In this document: positions 9,131 through 19,759 of the stretch, piece by piece
Layout: each line of letters opens with the position of its first letter
Numbering within the stretch: position 1 is the stretch's first letter
From: an uncultured Neisseria sp.
Lineage (GTDB): Bacteria > Pseudomonadota > Gammaproteobacteria > Burkholderiales > UBA11063
Direction: 5' to 3'
NCBI GenBank assembly: GCA_964611845.1
Contig: CAZTBH010000007.1
Span: 16,739-80,738, forward strand
DNA: 64,000 nt
Made by a program: the position numbers and the translations under genes
The notes under the pieces: model-generated
Told to the model about the DNA's origin: nothing
What the model saw: only the letters and a program-made list of their open reading frames with translations
Database searches by the model: none

Positions 9131-12100
9131 ATGAATTTACAGTTTAAAAATTTCTCGTTACGCTCTTTACTAGTCAAAATACTTGCATATGCAGCAATAT
9201 TTTATCTAGTTATCATCATTGCTTCAATCTCAATTACGGGTTATATTTTTCTCAATCTTAGTAATTACAGTTCAAGAATTGAACAAACGATCTATAAGCA
9301 TACTGGGTATAAGTTACAAGCTGGCTCAATTCAGACTAAGTTAAATAATGCGTATCTTCCCGAAATTATTATAAAAGATATCTTATTGGTTAACCCAGTT
9401 AATCAAAAACAGCAGCTTCACATAAAATCATTGGACTTTGTTTTTTCTTATAGCAGTATTTGGGATTTAGAACCCATCTTTAACCAAATTTATATTGATG
9501 GTACGGAATTATCAATTGAATACGATCCAATGGGTAGTATTATAGTAAATGGGGTTAATATAAACGATCCAGATAAACAAACCCTCGAAAATACTAAAAA
9601 TAGCCCGATAGATGTTGAGCGGTGGCTATTAAAGCAAGGCAATATAACGTTAGATCATATTAATCTAAAATATCATGATCTAAAAAATGGATTGCCCGAG
9701 ATGGAGTTTAAGAATATCAAAGTTGGGCTTGAACGGCATTTATGGGATAAACATCGCCTATATGCTGATTTTTTTGGTAAGAGTTACCTTAATCTGTTAG
9801 AAGCGGAGCTAAGTTGGCAAGGTGGTAAATTTGAGCACTGGGATCATTGGGAAAATGCTGATTTAAGAGTACAATCAATTAATGGTGAAAATAATTTACT
9901 TTCTTCGTTAAGCCAATTCATTCCTGGACTTAATCCTGCCGATAAGTTTAATGCCACAACGGCACTAAAAGCTAGTATGAAAAAAGGTCAGTTACAAGAA
10001 CTATACGCCAATTTTGACGTTAATAATTTTCAATTAGCTTTAGCTGATGCAGATTTGGTTAATTTCCCCAAACTTGGTGGAAACATAAATGTCAAATTAC
10101 TTAATAATAGCTATTATTCGATACAAGCTAATAATTTAATGGTAGTTACCAGTGCAGGATATCTCTTTGACAATGCCAAAATTACAGGCTCTTATATCAT
10201 CAATAAAAGTGGTTATTTAGAACTTAGTAATACTAATCTTGTCGCAATTAATAATCTATTAAGCGTCTTTGAAGCCACAGATGGGATGAGTATTGATGGA
10301 ACAATTAACTCAGTCAAATATAATTGGAATGGAGCTTTTTTAACACCTAGTGACTATAAATTGCAAGCTGATTTTCATGATATTTCTTTTTCTTCTGCCA
10401 GTCCAGATTATCCTAGTCTTAGCCATGTGAGTGGAGACGTTAGCATTAGTAAAAAGCATGGTTCTTTAAATCTGATTTTACAAAATAGTGTATTTTTATA
10501 TGATAAATTATTTTTAATTCCTTACGAGTTCAAATCACTAAATAGTAAGATAGATTGGAACCTTACTCCGCAAAATCAGCTGAATATAATCATGCACAAA
10601 ACTGACCTTGAGACTAAAGATTTTAAGGCAACAATGGATGGAAGTTACCATAATGATCCATTGCATCCAGGTAGTAGTGGTTATTTGGCAATGAACGCTC
10701 ATGTTGATCGTGTAAAAACATCAAAAGTTGGTGATTATCTACCTAAGTCGATCCCAATGAGTGTGCATGAATGGTTAAATATGGGCTTGGCTGGTGGTGA
10801 TGGTGTTAATGCCAATATGATACTTAAAGGTCCATTGGATAGCTTTCCTTTTCAAGATGGAAAAGGATTGTTTTATATTACTGCGGATGTTGATAATGGC
10901 AAAGTACAATATGTGAAAGATTGGCCACCTTTAGAAAATGTTTATGGCAAATTTATTCTAAGAAATACTAATATCACAGTCAAAGCGGCATCAGGAAGAA
11001 TCCAGGGTAATTATCTAGATCCAACGGTGGTAGTTATTCCTGATTATTCGGCACCAGACGGTGTATATTTAACTGCCGATGGTCATGCACATGGCAGTAC
11101 GGCGAATTTTATGGAGTATTTAAAAAATACCCCAGTTAATGAAATAATTGGTAAATTACCTGAAAAGATAACGGCAACAGGGGATGGTATAGTTAAGTTA
11201 TATTTAAAAGTTCCATTTAAAGAGCCGAAACACACTGAGGTCAAAGGAGTATATCATTTTGAAAATAATACTATTTTATTTGATTTGCCGATTCCTGAAT
11301 TATCAGCAGTTAATGGAGATTTAGGCTTTTCACAACATGGGGTTGAGATTTCAGATCTAAAAGCAGAAGCTTTTGCGAGCAAGGCTAATTTGTATTCTAG
11401 CATTTCAAAAGATGGGAAGATGAATTTCAAAGTTATTGCACCAAACCTTAATTATCAAGATGTAAGTGAATTTTATTTGCGTCCATTTAGTGCCTTAATT
11501 TCAGGCTCAGCAGACACGCAAATTAATTTTGTAATCGCTAAACATGGGCTAGAACAGTTAAATGCGCAGAGCAATCTTGTTGGTGTTAAGCTAATTGGAC
11601 CAGCGCCTCTTGCTAAAGAGTCTAGTACTACTTCGTCATTAACCCTTAATTTAAAACCTATGGCTAATGACGGAATCATGATTAATTGGCAGTACGGCGA
11701 TGCTTTACATGGGCAGCAATTCTTTCCGGCTAAGGGTGCGCTTACGAAAGGGCAAATTGCAGTTGGTAATGGAAATTCATACCTCAGTGATGCGGATAGC
11801 ACTGCTTTGACTACGGTTAATGTAAATCTGCCTACAGTAGACCTGCTGGAGTGGATTACTGAAGTTAATACAGTGCTGAAAACAATTAAACAAGAGAAAC
11901 TTATTAATGAAAGTAGCGATTTAAGTGCATTAGATGGTTCAGCTGCGGGAGCTAAATTATCTGACAAGAAAATTAAAAGAATGTTCCTACCAATACAAGT
12001 GCAGGTATCAAGTGATCAATTCAAATTTGGTAAAATTGACCTAGGGTCTGGCTCAGCAAACGTTGTTGCAGATGGGCGACATACTTATTTCAACATGTAT

Positions 12101-13129
12101 ACGCCAATAGTTAGTGGAGTAGGTGATCTTGTTTATGCACAGGATAGATTAAAATTAACACTTGATAAATACATGCTATTTAAAAAATTAAATAAAATTG
12201 CACCTCGTTCCAGTGAGAGTGAGCATAAAATTAATTTTGTTAATGGTTCTGATAAAGTTACAAAAGCTAAACTTCCAGATATAGATTTAATAATAACTAA
12301 TCTATTTTATCAGAATCATAGTCTAGGTACTCTTGATGCTAAACTGATGCAGCGTGGAAATGATTTACTTATTGAAAGTGGAAGCTTGACTTCGAAGCAA
12401 GCTGTAATTAATTTTAGAGCGACTAATGCGTGCTTTGGTTGCGGGCGTGATGCCTCTTTTGTGGATTTCCGTGCTAATGCTCAGATTAATGATCTAGGTG
12501 ACTTGGCATATAATCTAGACCTTGGGCGTATTATTGGTAATGGTCGCGGTACTGCTAATGTATCATTACAGTGGAATGGAGGTTTTCAAGACTTTAATAT
12601 CTTACAAACAGTTGGTTCTATTAATGCGGATATATCTTCTGGTAAATTTTTGCAGGTTGATCCTGGTGTTTTAGGTGGCTTAATGAGCATTATCAATCTT
12701 CAGGGAATTTTTGAGTTTAGTACTGGAGATTTAAAAGATATTTTCAAAAAAGGATTTTTCTTTAATTCTCTAAAACTAAATGTTGATATTTTAACCTCAT
12801 TGATTGAATTGAAGAATCTGTCAATGTCTGGACCTATGGCGAATGTCAGTAGTTTTGGTAAAGCTAATTTTGCTAATAATTCAGTTGATGCATACGTCTC
12901 CGTTGCACCAAAACTTGGAGTCGTGGTGGCGCTTACTGCTGGAGTTGTGACGCTAAATCCTCTAGTGGGCGTGGCGGTTTATTTGGGTGAGTTAGTTTTT
13001 GGTGATCCGCAAAATAAACTATTTACATTTGGTTATCATGTGACAGGCAGTTTGAAAAAGCCTAAAGTGGTACGCACTCAAGTAACAGAACAGATTGTAA
13101 AGAATGTTAATGCGACCGTTGGTAATTAG
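9131..13129 (+). CDS. yhdP: YhdP (AsmA-like) phospholipid transport bridge protein, copy 1
   Basis: 1332 aa, N-terminal TM anchor, beta-rich body, central 'WLNMGL..G..LKGPLDSFPF', C-terminal AsmA_2-like 'DIFKKGFFF..YHVTGSLKKP'; followed by a nitrilase-family gene as is usual for yhdP. Confidence 0.85.
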   Translation: MNLQFKNFSLRSLLVKILAYAAIFYLVIIIASISITGYIFLNLSNYSSRIEQTIYKHTGYKLQAGSIQTKLNNAYLPEIIIKDILLVNPVNQKQQLHIKSLDFVFSYSSIWDLEPIFNQIYIDGTELSIEYDPMGSIIVNGVNINDPDKQTLENTKNSPIDVERWLLKQGNITLDHINLKYHDLKNGLPEMEFKNIKVGLERHLWDKHRLYADFFGKSYLNLLEAELSWQGGKFEHWDHWENADLRVQSINGENNLLSSLSQFIPGLNPADKFNATTALKASMKKGQLQELYANFDVNNFQLALADADLVNFPKLGGNINVKLLNNSYYSIQANNLMVVTSAGYLFDNAKITGSYIINKSGYLELSNTNLVAINNLLSVFEATDGMSIDGTINSVKYNWNGAFLTPSDYKLQADFHDISFSSASPDYPSLSHVSGDVSISKKHGSLNLILQNSVFLYDKLFLIPYEFKSLNSKIDWNLTPQNQLNIIMHKTDLETKDFKATMDGSYHNDPLHPGSSGYLAMNAHVDRVKTSKVGDYLPKSIPMSVHEWLNMGLAGGDGVNANMILKGPLDSFPFQDGKGLFYITADVDNGKVQYVKDWPPLENVYGKFILRNTNITVKAASGRIQGNYLDPTVVVIPDYSAPDGVYLTADGHAHGSTANFMEYLKNTPVNEIIGKLPEKITATGDGIVKLYLKVPFKEPKHTEVKGVYHFENNTILFDLPIPELSAVNGDLGFSQHGVEISDLKAEAFASKANLYSSISKDGKMNFKVIAPNLNYQDVSEFYLRPFSALISGSADTQINFVIAKHGLEQLNAQSNLVGVKLIGPAPLAKESSTTSSLTLNLKPMANDGIMINWQYGDALHGQQFFPAKGALTKGQIAVGNGNSYLSDADSTALTTVNVNLPTVDLLEWITEVNTVLKTIKQEKLINESSDLSALDGSAAGAKLSDKKIKRMFLPIQVQVSSDQFKFGKIDLGSGSANVVADGRHTYFNMYTPIVSGVGDLVYAQDRLKLTLDKYMLFKKLNKIAPRSSESEHKINFVNGSDKVTKAKLPDIDLIITNLFYQNHSLGTLDAKLMQRGNDLLIESGSLTSKQAVINFRATNACFGCGRDASFVDFRANAQINDLGDLAYNLDLGRIIGNGRGTANVSLQWNGGFQDFNILQTVGSINADISSGKFLQVDPGVLGGLMSIINLQGIFEFSTGDLKDIFKKGFFFNSLKLNVDILTSLIELKNLSMSGPMANVSSFGKANFANNSVDAYVSVAPKLGVVVALTAGVVTLNPLVGVAVYLGELVFGDPQNKLFTFGYHVTGSLKKPKVVRTQVTEQIVKNVNATVGN

Positions 13130-13140
13130 GATCTAGTATC

Positions 13141-13947
13141 ATGCAGTTAAAAATTGCGGCATTACAGATGATTTCAACTCGCAATGTAGTTGAGAATCTA
13201 AGCAAAGTTACTCAGATGGTAGCCGAGGCAGTAGAAAATGGTGCACAGGTTATTGTACTGCCAGAGTTTTTTGCAAAGATTACTACTGGTGATGATCCCC
13301 ATCGCACTAATCATGCTGAAGATTTTGGTGATGGAGTAATACAGTCGTACTTAAAAAACATTGCTGTTTTACATGGAATATATATAATTGCTGGTAGTAT
13401 TTTGCTTAACTCAGCTACAGCAAATAAATTTTATAATAGCTGCTTAGTCATCTCTTCAGATGGTGCGATCATTGCCAATTATGACAAAGTTCACCTGTTT
13501 AAGTTTGATGATGGATTTCAGCATTATGATGAAAGTGAAATATTGCTTGCTGGGGATAAAATAGTCAGCTGTGATATTCTTGGTTTTAAGTTCGGTTTAG
13601 CAATTTGTTATGATCTACGCTTCCCTGAGCTGTTTCGTGCTTTGGGTGTTGTCGATATAATTGTTTTACCTTCAGCATTTACGTATCAAACAGGTTTGGC
13701 TCACTGGGAGCTACTCATTCGGGCACGAGCAGTCGAGAATCAATGTTATTTTCTTGGCGTGAATCAAGGTGGGGTGCATGAAACAGGGCGAAGAACCTAT
13801 GGTCATTCAATGTTGGTCGATTCGTGGGGTGAGGTAGTGATCTCTGCCGCTGAAGGTGAGAAAATTATTTATGCTACAATAGACTCTGGTAGGATAAAGA
13901 ATATACGGACAAAACTTCCAGCTCTTGAACACCGAAGAATTAGTTGA
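13141..13947 (+). CDS. Carbon-nitrogen hydrolase (Nit1-like deaminated glutathione amidase)
   Basis: LPE, YDKVHLF, ICYDLRFPE, RARAVENQ, YGHSM. Confidence 0.93.
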   Translation: MQLKIAALQMISTRNVVENLSKVTQMVAEAVENGAQVIVLPEFFAKITTGDDPHRTNHAEDFGDGVIQSYLKNIAVLHGIYIIAGSILLNSATANKFYNSCLVISSDGAIIANYDKVHLFKFDDGFQHYDESEILLAGDKIVSCDILGFKFGLAICYDLRFPELFRALGVVDIIVLPSAFTYQTGLAHWELLIRARAVENQCYFLGVNQGGVHETGRRTYGHSMLVDSWGEVVISAAEGEKIIYATIDSGRIKNIRTKLPALEHRRIS

Positions 13948-13952
13948 GTTTT

Positions 13953-14001
13953 TATCCAACAAAAATGCTGATTATTTAATAATCAGCATTTTTGTTGGAT
14001 A
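13953..14001. terminator. Perfect 24-bp-arm inverted repeat, likely bidirectional terminator
   Basis: tatccaacaaaaatgctgattatt-t-aataatcagcatttttgttggata between convergent nit and sodB. Confidence 0.75.
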
Positions 14002-14010
14002 TCAATTTTA

Positions 14011-14589
14011 TTAAGCAAAATTTTTGCTAACAAATTCCCAATTTACCAGATTCCAAAAAGCTGCCATATAATTTGGACGGCTATTGCGATAGTCAATATA
14101 GTAAGCATGTTCCCAAACATCACAAGTTAACAAAGCTTTATTAGTTGTCGTTAGTGGAGTTGCTGCATTTGACGTTGATACTAGTTCCAATTCTCCTGTT
14201 GGAGTTTTTACCAACCAGCCCCATCCTGAACCAAAAGTTCCGACGCAAGTAGCTGTGAATTGTTTCTTAAACTCTTCAAATGAACCAAATTTTTTATCAA
14301 TGGCTTCTTTCAAGGCACCGCTTGGCTCGCCACCACCTTGAGGTGATAGGCAATTCCAATAGAAAGAGTGATTCCATACTTGAGCTGCATTATTAAAAAT
14401 TCCACCACTAGATTTTTTAGTAATTTCTTCTAAACTTGCATTTTCAAACTCAGTGCCTTTAACAAGGTTGTTTAAATTTGTTACATAAGTTTGGTGGTGC
14501 TTACCATAATGATATTCTAGAGTTTCTTTTGAAATATGTGGTGCAAGAGCATCTAATGCGTAAGGCAATTGAGGTAGAGTATGTTCCAT
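14011..14589 (-). CDS. sodB: Superoxide dismutase [Fe]
   Basis: [16 protein letters not shown] (Fe-type AAQ), DVWEHAYY. Confidence 0.97.
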   Translation of the reverse strand: MEHTLPQLPYALDALAPHISKETLEYHYGKHHQTYVTNLNNLVKGTEFENASLEEITKKSSGGIFNNAAQVWNHSFYWNCLSPQGGGEPSGALKEAIDKKFGSFEEFKKQFTATCVGTFGSGWGWLVKTPTGELELVSTSNAATPLTTTNKALLTCDVWEHAYYIDYRNSRPNYMAAFWNLVNWEFVSKNFA

Positions 14590-14875
14590 AGTTATTTCCT
14601 TTTGAAGTTAAAATCTCAGACAATAGTTTAGCATGTTGCGAGGTCTTTGCGAGAAAATAAAATATATTATTCAAAACTCGGTGAAGTAGATTACAATATA
14701 CTCTTTCTGGTTTATTCTGCTGAAATTTTGTGTTAAAAGCAGCTTTTTTGTTTTGGCTTGAATACTGAAATGTCTTCATAATCCTAGGCTGTGCGTTACT
14801 TCTGTGTTACTAGTATTTTGAATCTGTTTGAGTATAGTGTTCAAATGGTATTACTATTTTCTAGGGGTGGAAAAA

Positions 14876-15388
14876 GTGACTAAAGCAATTTATGCCGGTA
14901 GTTTTGATCCAATAACTAATGGACATTTGTGGGTGATTGATAAGGCTGCAGAAATTTTTGATGAGTTGGTTGTTGCGGTTGGTGATAACCCTGGTAAATC
15001 TTACACTTTTACTACTGAAGAACGGGTTGACTTACTAAAACAAGTGCTTATAAAATACCCTAATATTAAAATAGGGCAATTTAGTGGCGAATTTCTAGTA
15101 AACTATGCACTTAAAGAACAGGCATCTTACATTGTACGAGGCATTAGAAATGCTCAGGACTATGAATTTGAAAAAACAATCCGTTATATTAATTCTGACG
15201 TTTCGGCTTCAATTGATACTGTCTTTTTAATTCCACCTCGTGACTATGCTGAGGTATCATCAAGTTTGGTTAAAGGGTTTGTAGGAACCAGTGGGTGGCA
15301 GCAAATTGTTGCCAAATATGTTCCCAAAATAATTTTGGATGCGCTGATAAAAAAGCATCAAGAGAGAAATAATGTTAATTGTGAATGA
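14876..15388 (+). CDS. coaD: Pantetheine-phosphate adenylyltransferase
   Basis: YAGSFDPITNGH, VRGIR..DYEFE, VSSSLVK; GTG start after an aggggtgg RBS. Confidence 0.94.
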   Translation: MTKAIYAGSFDPITNGHLWVIDKAAEIFDELVVAVGDNPGKSYTFTTEERVDLLKQVLIKYPNIKIGQFSGEFLVNYALKEQASYIVRGIRNAQDYEFEKTIRYINSDVSASIDTVFLIPPRDYAEVSSSLVKGFVGTSGWQQIVAKYVPKIILDALIKKHQERNNVNCE

Positions 15389-16613
15389 TAATGTTGCACG
15401 CGCTTGTACTAAATTATGGTTTTTAGTGGCTGAGTTTAAACAGCCTGCTGATGGGTTATTATCGAATTTTTTTCGTGAGAATCGGAAGCTTGGTGTTAAT
15501 GATAGAAACGCTGTTGCTGAGACCATTTATACTATTTTACGGAATTACAATAAGCTCAGCAAAGTCGTAAACCCCAAGAATTCATTTTCTTTGATCGGTT
15601 ATGTTTGGTTAAAATTATTGGGTGTTAATCGTCAACAGTTACGCGATTTAAAAACAATAAATTTAGGTGAAATTGATAAACTTGCTGATTTAGATCTTAC
15701 TACGATTGAGCTGCCACAATGGGTCATTGATAAGCTTAGCTTACGTTATACTTTGGATGAAATTCGTGTTTTAGCTACAGCAATGAGCAAGTCTGCGCCA
15801 TTGACTCTGAGAGTTAATACTATTAAACAAAATCGCGAAGAAGTCATGCAGGAGCTAGAAAATGCAGGACTAAGAGCCAAGTTAGCCAAGTATTCACCAT
15901 TTGGAATTAAGTTAAGTTCGCGAACTGCGTTGATTGGCAACAAATTATTTGCGGATGGCATTATTGAAGTTCAGGATGAAGCTAGTCAGTTGGCGGGACT
16001 TCTTCTTGAGCCTAAACGAGGTGAAATGGTTGTTGATTTTTGTGCCGGAAGTGGTGGCAAAACTCTGCTGTTTGGCATGCTGATGCGCAATAGCGGTCGA
16101 ATTTATGCCTTTGATGTCAATGAGCGCCGCTTGGGTAATTTGACACCGCGATTAGCTCGGTCTGGTTTGTCAAATATATTTCCTCAGCTAATTAGTAATG
16201 AACATGACATGAAAGTAAAACGTTTGATTGGGAAAATTGATCGGGTTTTTGTTGATGCTCCTTGTCTTGGGTTGGGAACGCTGCGCCGCAATCCTGATTT
16301 AAAGTTTCGGCATGATGAACAAAGTTTACGAGAAATTAATGAAAAACAACTATCAATTTTAAATTCTGCTGCTCGCTTGGTAAAACTTGGTGGACGGTTG
16401 GTTTATGCAACATGTAGTATTTTGCCTGATGAAAATCAAAATATTATTACCGAGTTTCTTAATCTTAATCCTGATTTTAAAATAGTTAGCTTAGATCAAA
16501 TTGTTATGCTGAAAGATTTAGGTTTGGGCTCTGGTGATTTTCTTGAACTAAGCCCAACTATACATGATACAGATGGATTTTTTGCTTGCGCAATGCAAAA
16601 AGATGTAAACTAA
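15372..16613 (+). CDS. RsmB/NOP family RNA m5C methyltransferase
   Basis: VQDEASQ, DFCAGSGGK, DAPC..GTLRRNPD, YATCS, TDGFF. Confidence 0.92.
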   Translation: MLIVNDNVARACTKLWFLVAEFKQPADGLLSNFFRENRKLGVNDRNAVAETIYTILRNYNKLSKVVNPKNSFSLIGYVWLKLLGVNRQQLRDLKTINLGEIDKLADLDLTTIELPQWVIDKLSLRYTLDEIRVLATAMSKSAPLTLRVNTIKQNREEVMQELENAGLRAKLAKYSPFGIKLSSRTALIGNKLFADGIIEVQDEASQLAGLLLEPKRGEMVVDFCAGSGGKTLLFGMLMRNSGRIYAFDVNERRLGNLTPRLARSGLSNIFPQLISNEHDMKVKRLIGKIDRVFVDAPCLGLGTLRRNPDLKFRHDEQSLREINEKQLSILNSAARLVKLGGRLVYATCSILPDENQNIITEFLNLNPDFKIVSLDQIVMLKDLGLGSGDFLELSPTIHDTDGFFACAMQKDVN

Positions 16614-16683
16614 CAATGTTTATGATATTGTTTTTGGGTAAAATAGGTGTCTAATACTTATAAACTAAAAATGGGGATATATC

Positions 16684-17988
16684 ATGTCAGGCTTAGTTAT
16701 ACAAAGCTTTCTTGGGTTTTTCTTTCTGATTGCACTTGCTTTTTGTTTTTCGGAAAATCGAAAATCAATTAATTGGAAGTTGGTTTTAACTGCATTTGTG
16801 ATGCAGAATGTTTTGTTTTTATTAATTCGTTATGTTCCTGCCGTTAGCTCTATGCTACAACTACTTTCTGCAGGATTGCTAAAATTCATGGATTACGCAA
16901 ATGAAGGAGCAGGGTTTGTTTTTGGCGGTTTAGTTGATAAATCAAAATATGGATTTGTATTTGCATTGGTAGTTGTTCCTACCATTATCTTTTTTGGTTC
17001 TGTTATTTCATTGCTTTACTTCTTCGGAGTTATGCAGCGCATTATTGTTTTTTTAGCATTCTTACTGCGTAAAACAATTCGTCTCTCAGGTGTTGAAAGT
17101 CTGGTTGTTATCGCTGATATCTTTCTTGGTCAGTCTGAAGGTCCAATGGTGATTGGTCCATATGTAGCAAAAATGACCCGTTCCGAATTAGCTTGTGCTT
17201 TTGTTGCTGGTCTGGCTAACTTGTCTGGCTCGACTTTAGGAATTTACCTTAGTTTTCTTGGTGGTGGGGATCATGCCAAAGAACTAATTTTTGCGCAGTC
17301 ATTACTAACGGCGACATTTATGAACGCAACATCAGCAATCATCTTTGCTAAAATATTTTTCCCAGAAACAGAATATGACAAGATTATGGATTCTTCACAT
17401 ATTAAAGTTGGTGGCATGCAGGCCGATAGCGCGATTGATGCAATTATGCATGGTGCGTTCACTGGGGTTAAAATTGGCGTTGCGATTTGCGCTGCATTGA
17501 TGGCAGTAATCCCGTTGGTACACGCCATTGACGGTATTTTGTTCTGGATTGGTGACATTGCTCATCTAAATGCGTGGGTACAAAGTATGTCAAATAAAGC
17601 GTTTGATGGTTTGTCACTTGAGTTTATTTTTGGGCTTATTTTTAGATTTTTTGCGTTCTTTATGGGAATTAGCTGGAATGAAACCTTACAGGTCGGAAGT
17701 CTGCTTGGACAAAAAGTGGCGATTAATGAATTTGTTGCGTATATGAGTCTGGGTAAAATGGAAGCAGCAGGATTGTTATCTGCTAATTCAATATTTATAT
17801 CAACTTTTGCGTTAGCTAGTTTTTCTAACTTTTCATCGATTGGTATTTCTATGGGTGCTTTCTCTGCCTTGGCTCCAGGACGACAGTCTGATTTGGCCTC
17901 AATGGGATTTAAAGCACTAACTGCGGCGATTATGGCTGGGTTTATGACGGCAACGGTTGCTGGATTTTGGCATGGAATACTTGGCTAA
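16684..17988 (+). CDS. Concentrative nucleoside transporter (NupC/CNT family)
   Basis: SENRKSINW, IFLGQSE, KMTRSEL, INEFVAY, FSNFSSIGI. Confidence 0.93.
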   Translation: MSGLVIQSFLGFFFLIALAFCFSENRKSINWKLVLTAFVMQNVLFLLIRYVPAVSSMLQLLSAGLLKFMDYANEGAGFVFGGLVDKSKYGFVFALVVVPTIIFFGSVISLLYFFGVMQRIIVFLAFLLRKTIRLSGVESLVVIADIFLGQSEGPMVIGPYVAKMTRSELACAFVAGLANLSGSTLGIYLSFLGGGDHAKELIFAQSLLTATFMNATSAIIFAKIFFPETEYDKIMDSSHIKVGGMQADSAIDAIMHGAFTGVKIGVAICAALMAVIPLVHAIDGILFWIGDIAHLNAWVQSMSNKAFDGLSLEFIFGLIFRFFAFFMGISWNETLQVGSLLGQKVAINEFVAYMSLGKMEAAGLLSANSIFISTFALASFSNFSSIGISMGAFSALAPGRQSDLASMGFKALTAAIMAGFMTATVAGFWHGILG

Positions 17989-18010
17989 TAACGAAAGCTA
18001 GCCAAACATT

Positions 18011-18039
18011 AACGATGACAATTATTGTCATCGTTTTTT
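18011..18039 (+). terminator. Intrinsic terminator
   Basis: aacgatgacaa-tta-ttgtcatcgtt followed by a T-run. Confidence 0.8.
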
Positions 18040-18160
18040 GTTTGGTTTATAATACTCCCTCTATTATAAAATTTTGCATAAGGCGATGTTTCTCGCTATT
18101 ATGATTTCTATACGTATTATAATATACTCATAAGAACTGTAACTTTTATTGGATATTTGG

Positions 18161-19759
18161 ATGCATTTATTAAATATAACGAATCTTGATTATGTAATGA
18201 TGACTATTCTACTTGGGGTAATAGCAGTTATCTCATATAGTTTTCGCCACAAGAATCTATCAAGCGGTGATTATCTTGTTATGCAAAACCATCGTGTTAA
18301 TGTATTGATGGTTTGTCTAAGCATGAGTGGTTTTGGTTTAATTGAGTTTTTATTACTAAGTAGTTATGGTGCATATGCAGGTGTTCCCGCATTATGCTTT
18401 TTTATACCGTGCTTTTTAGTTGCTTCTTACTTTTTGGGAAATAAATTAGCCGTATCAACTTCACTTAATTCTATAACATCAAATATTGCAACCAATATTC
18501 ATCAGCGCGTTATGCTGGTTTGTTATGCACTGTTTATGTTGATTAGTGCGAGTATTGCAATTTGTGTTATGGTTTGGATACTAAAAAATCTTTTGGGCTG
18601 GGAATTTGGGAACAGTACCTTGTCTTTGTTGGGCGTAGTTCTTATTTGCCTATTGGTTGGTGGAGTAGTTAGTGTGTTCTACAATCAAATTTTAGTATTA
18701 ATCTTAAGCTCTTTAATTGTGGCAGTTGTGGTTATTATTGCTTATCATGGTATTGATAATGGTAACTTAATTACTAATTTGCATAATGTTGCGACTGAAA
18801 ATAAACTTTCCGCCAATCATTTTACAACTTTACAGCTAAACTACTCGATGCTTCCACAGTTGTGGCTGGTTTTTATAACTACTATGCTAATGGTGTTGAT
18901 CAATCCTCTAAATCGGATTAAGTATGTGAAATCGGGCAAAGAGGCTAAGTCAAGGCTAGTATTTAGTAAATTAATTCAATTATTAATTTTGTGTTTATTT
19001 GTTCTAACTGGCATTTTTGCATTAGCTACACCAGGTGGTTCTAGTTCACTTAGTGATGGTAAGCGCCTAGTAACTCAGCAAACGCGTCTGGAAGATGGTT
19101 CGATTGGTTTTGTGGTGAGAGCGGTTGATAGTGACACGCCAAGTTTAGCACGTGGTATTATCCCTAAACAAATGTCAAATTCTAATGATATGGAGCCAAT
19201 TGATAGTGCTCAAAATTCTTTTGATTATATTAGTGCTGCAATGGTAATGGTCAAGCATTCTTTGCCTGCTGCTTTTGTGTCCTTGTTTCTCGTGATTTTA
19301 CTTTTTTATAAGTCAGTCACCGAGTCTTTGGCTTTCGTGAATATTGTAACAATTCAGAGTTTTTATGTGCCTTTGTTTAATAAAACTGGTGAAGATCTAG
19401 AAAATCTGTGGGCCGCAAGGGTGTTTTTATTTGCATACACCGCAGTTGCTATTTGTATCGGCTTGGTGTTTTATAAATTTTTTGATTTATATTATCTTTT
19501 TGCTGTATTGCTAGTTTTAGGGTTGCCACTTATTTTGAATTTATTTGGACTTGGTAAACATTTTATAGTTAATATAGTTGCCTATATAGTAATAATTGGA
19601 TCCTTATTAATCTTGAATATTAGCAATGTACCAAGCTTATTGCCATTGATTAAATTTAAGGATGTTTTTAGTTACCTGAACTTAGCAACATTAATTATTA
19701 CCGGATATTATGTGCTGAGTCATTTAATAATTAAATTGATTGGACGTGATTCGCTATGA
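18161..19759 (+). CDS. Highly diverged sodium:solute symporter-like membrane protein
   Basis: About 13 hydrophobic segments; N-terminal 'LDY..SSGDY' and 'YG..G' pattern and 'LLGW' as in the SSS family; start uncertain. Confidence 0.6.
   Translation: MHLLNITNLDYVMMTILLGVIAVISYSFRHKNLSSGDYLVMQNHRVNVLMVCLSMSGFGLIEFLLLSSYGAYAGVPALCFFIPCFLVASYFLGNKLAVSTSLNSITSNIATNIHQRVMLVCYALFMLISASIAICVMVWILKNLLGWEFGNSTLSLLGVVLICLLVGGVVSVFYNQILVLILSSLIVAVVVIIAYHGIDNGNLITNLHNVATENKLSANHFTTLQLNYSMLPQLWLVFITTMLMVLINPLNRIKYVKSGKEAKSRLVFSKLIQLLILCLFVLTGIFALATPGGSSSLSDGKRLVTQQTRLEDGSIGFVVRAVDSDTPSLARGIIPKQMSNSNDMEPIDSAQNSFDYISAAMVMVKHSLPAAFVSLFLVILLFYKSVTESLAFVNIVTIQSFYVPLFNKTGEDLENLWAARVFLFAYTAVAICIGLVFYKFFDLYYLFAVLLVLGLPLILNLFGLGKHFIVNIVAYIVIIGSLLILNISNVPSLLPLIKFKDVFSYLNLATLIITGYYVLSHLIIKLIGRDSL

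Noticed and set aside
14501-14860. 92-aa ORF, or a Fur-regulated sRNA, upstream of sodB
   Set aside because: The ORF overlaps sodB out of frame, and I found no convincing Fur box or terminator-bounded sRNA.
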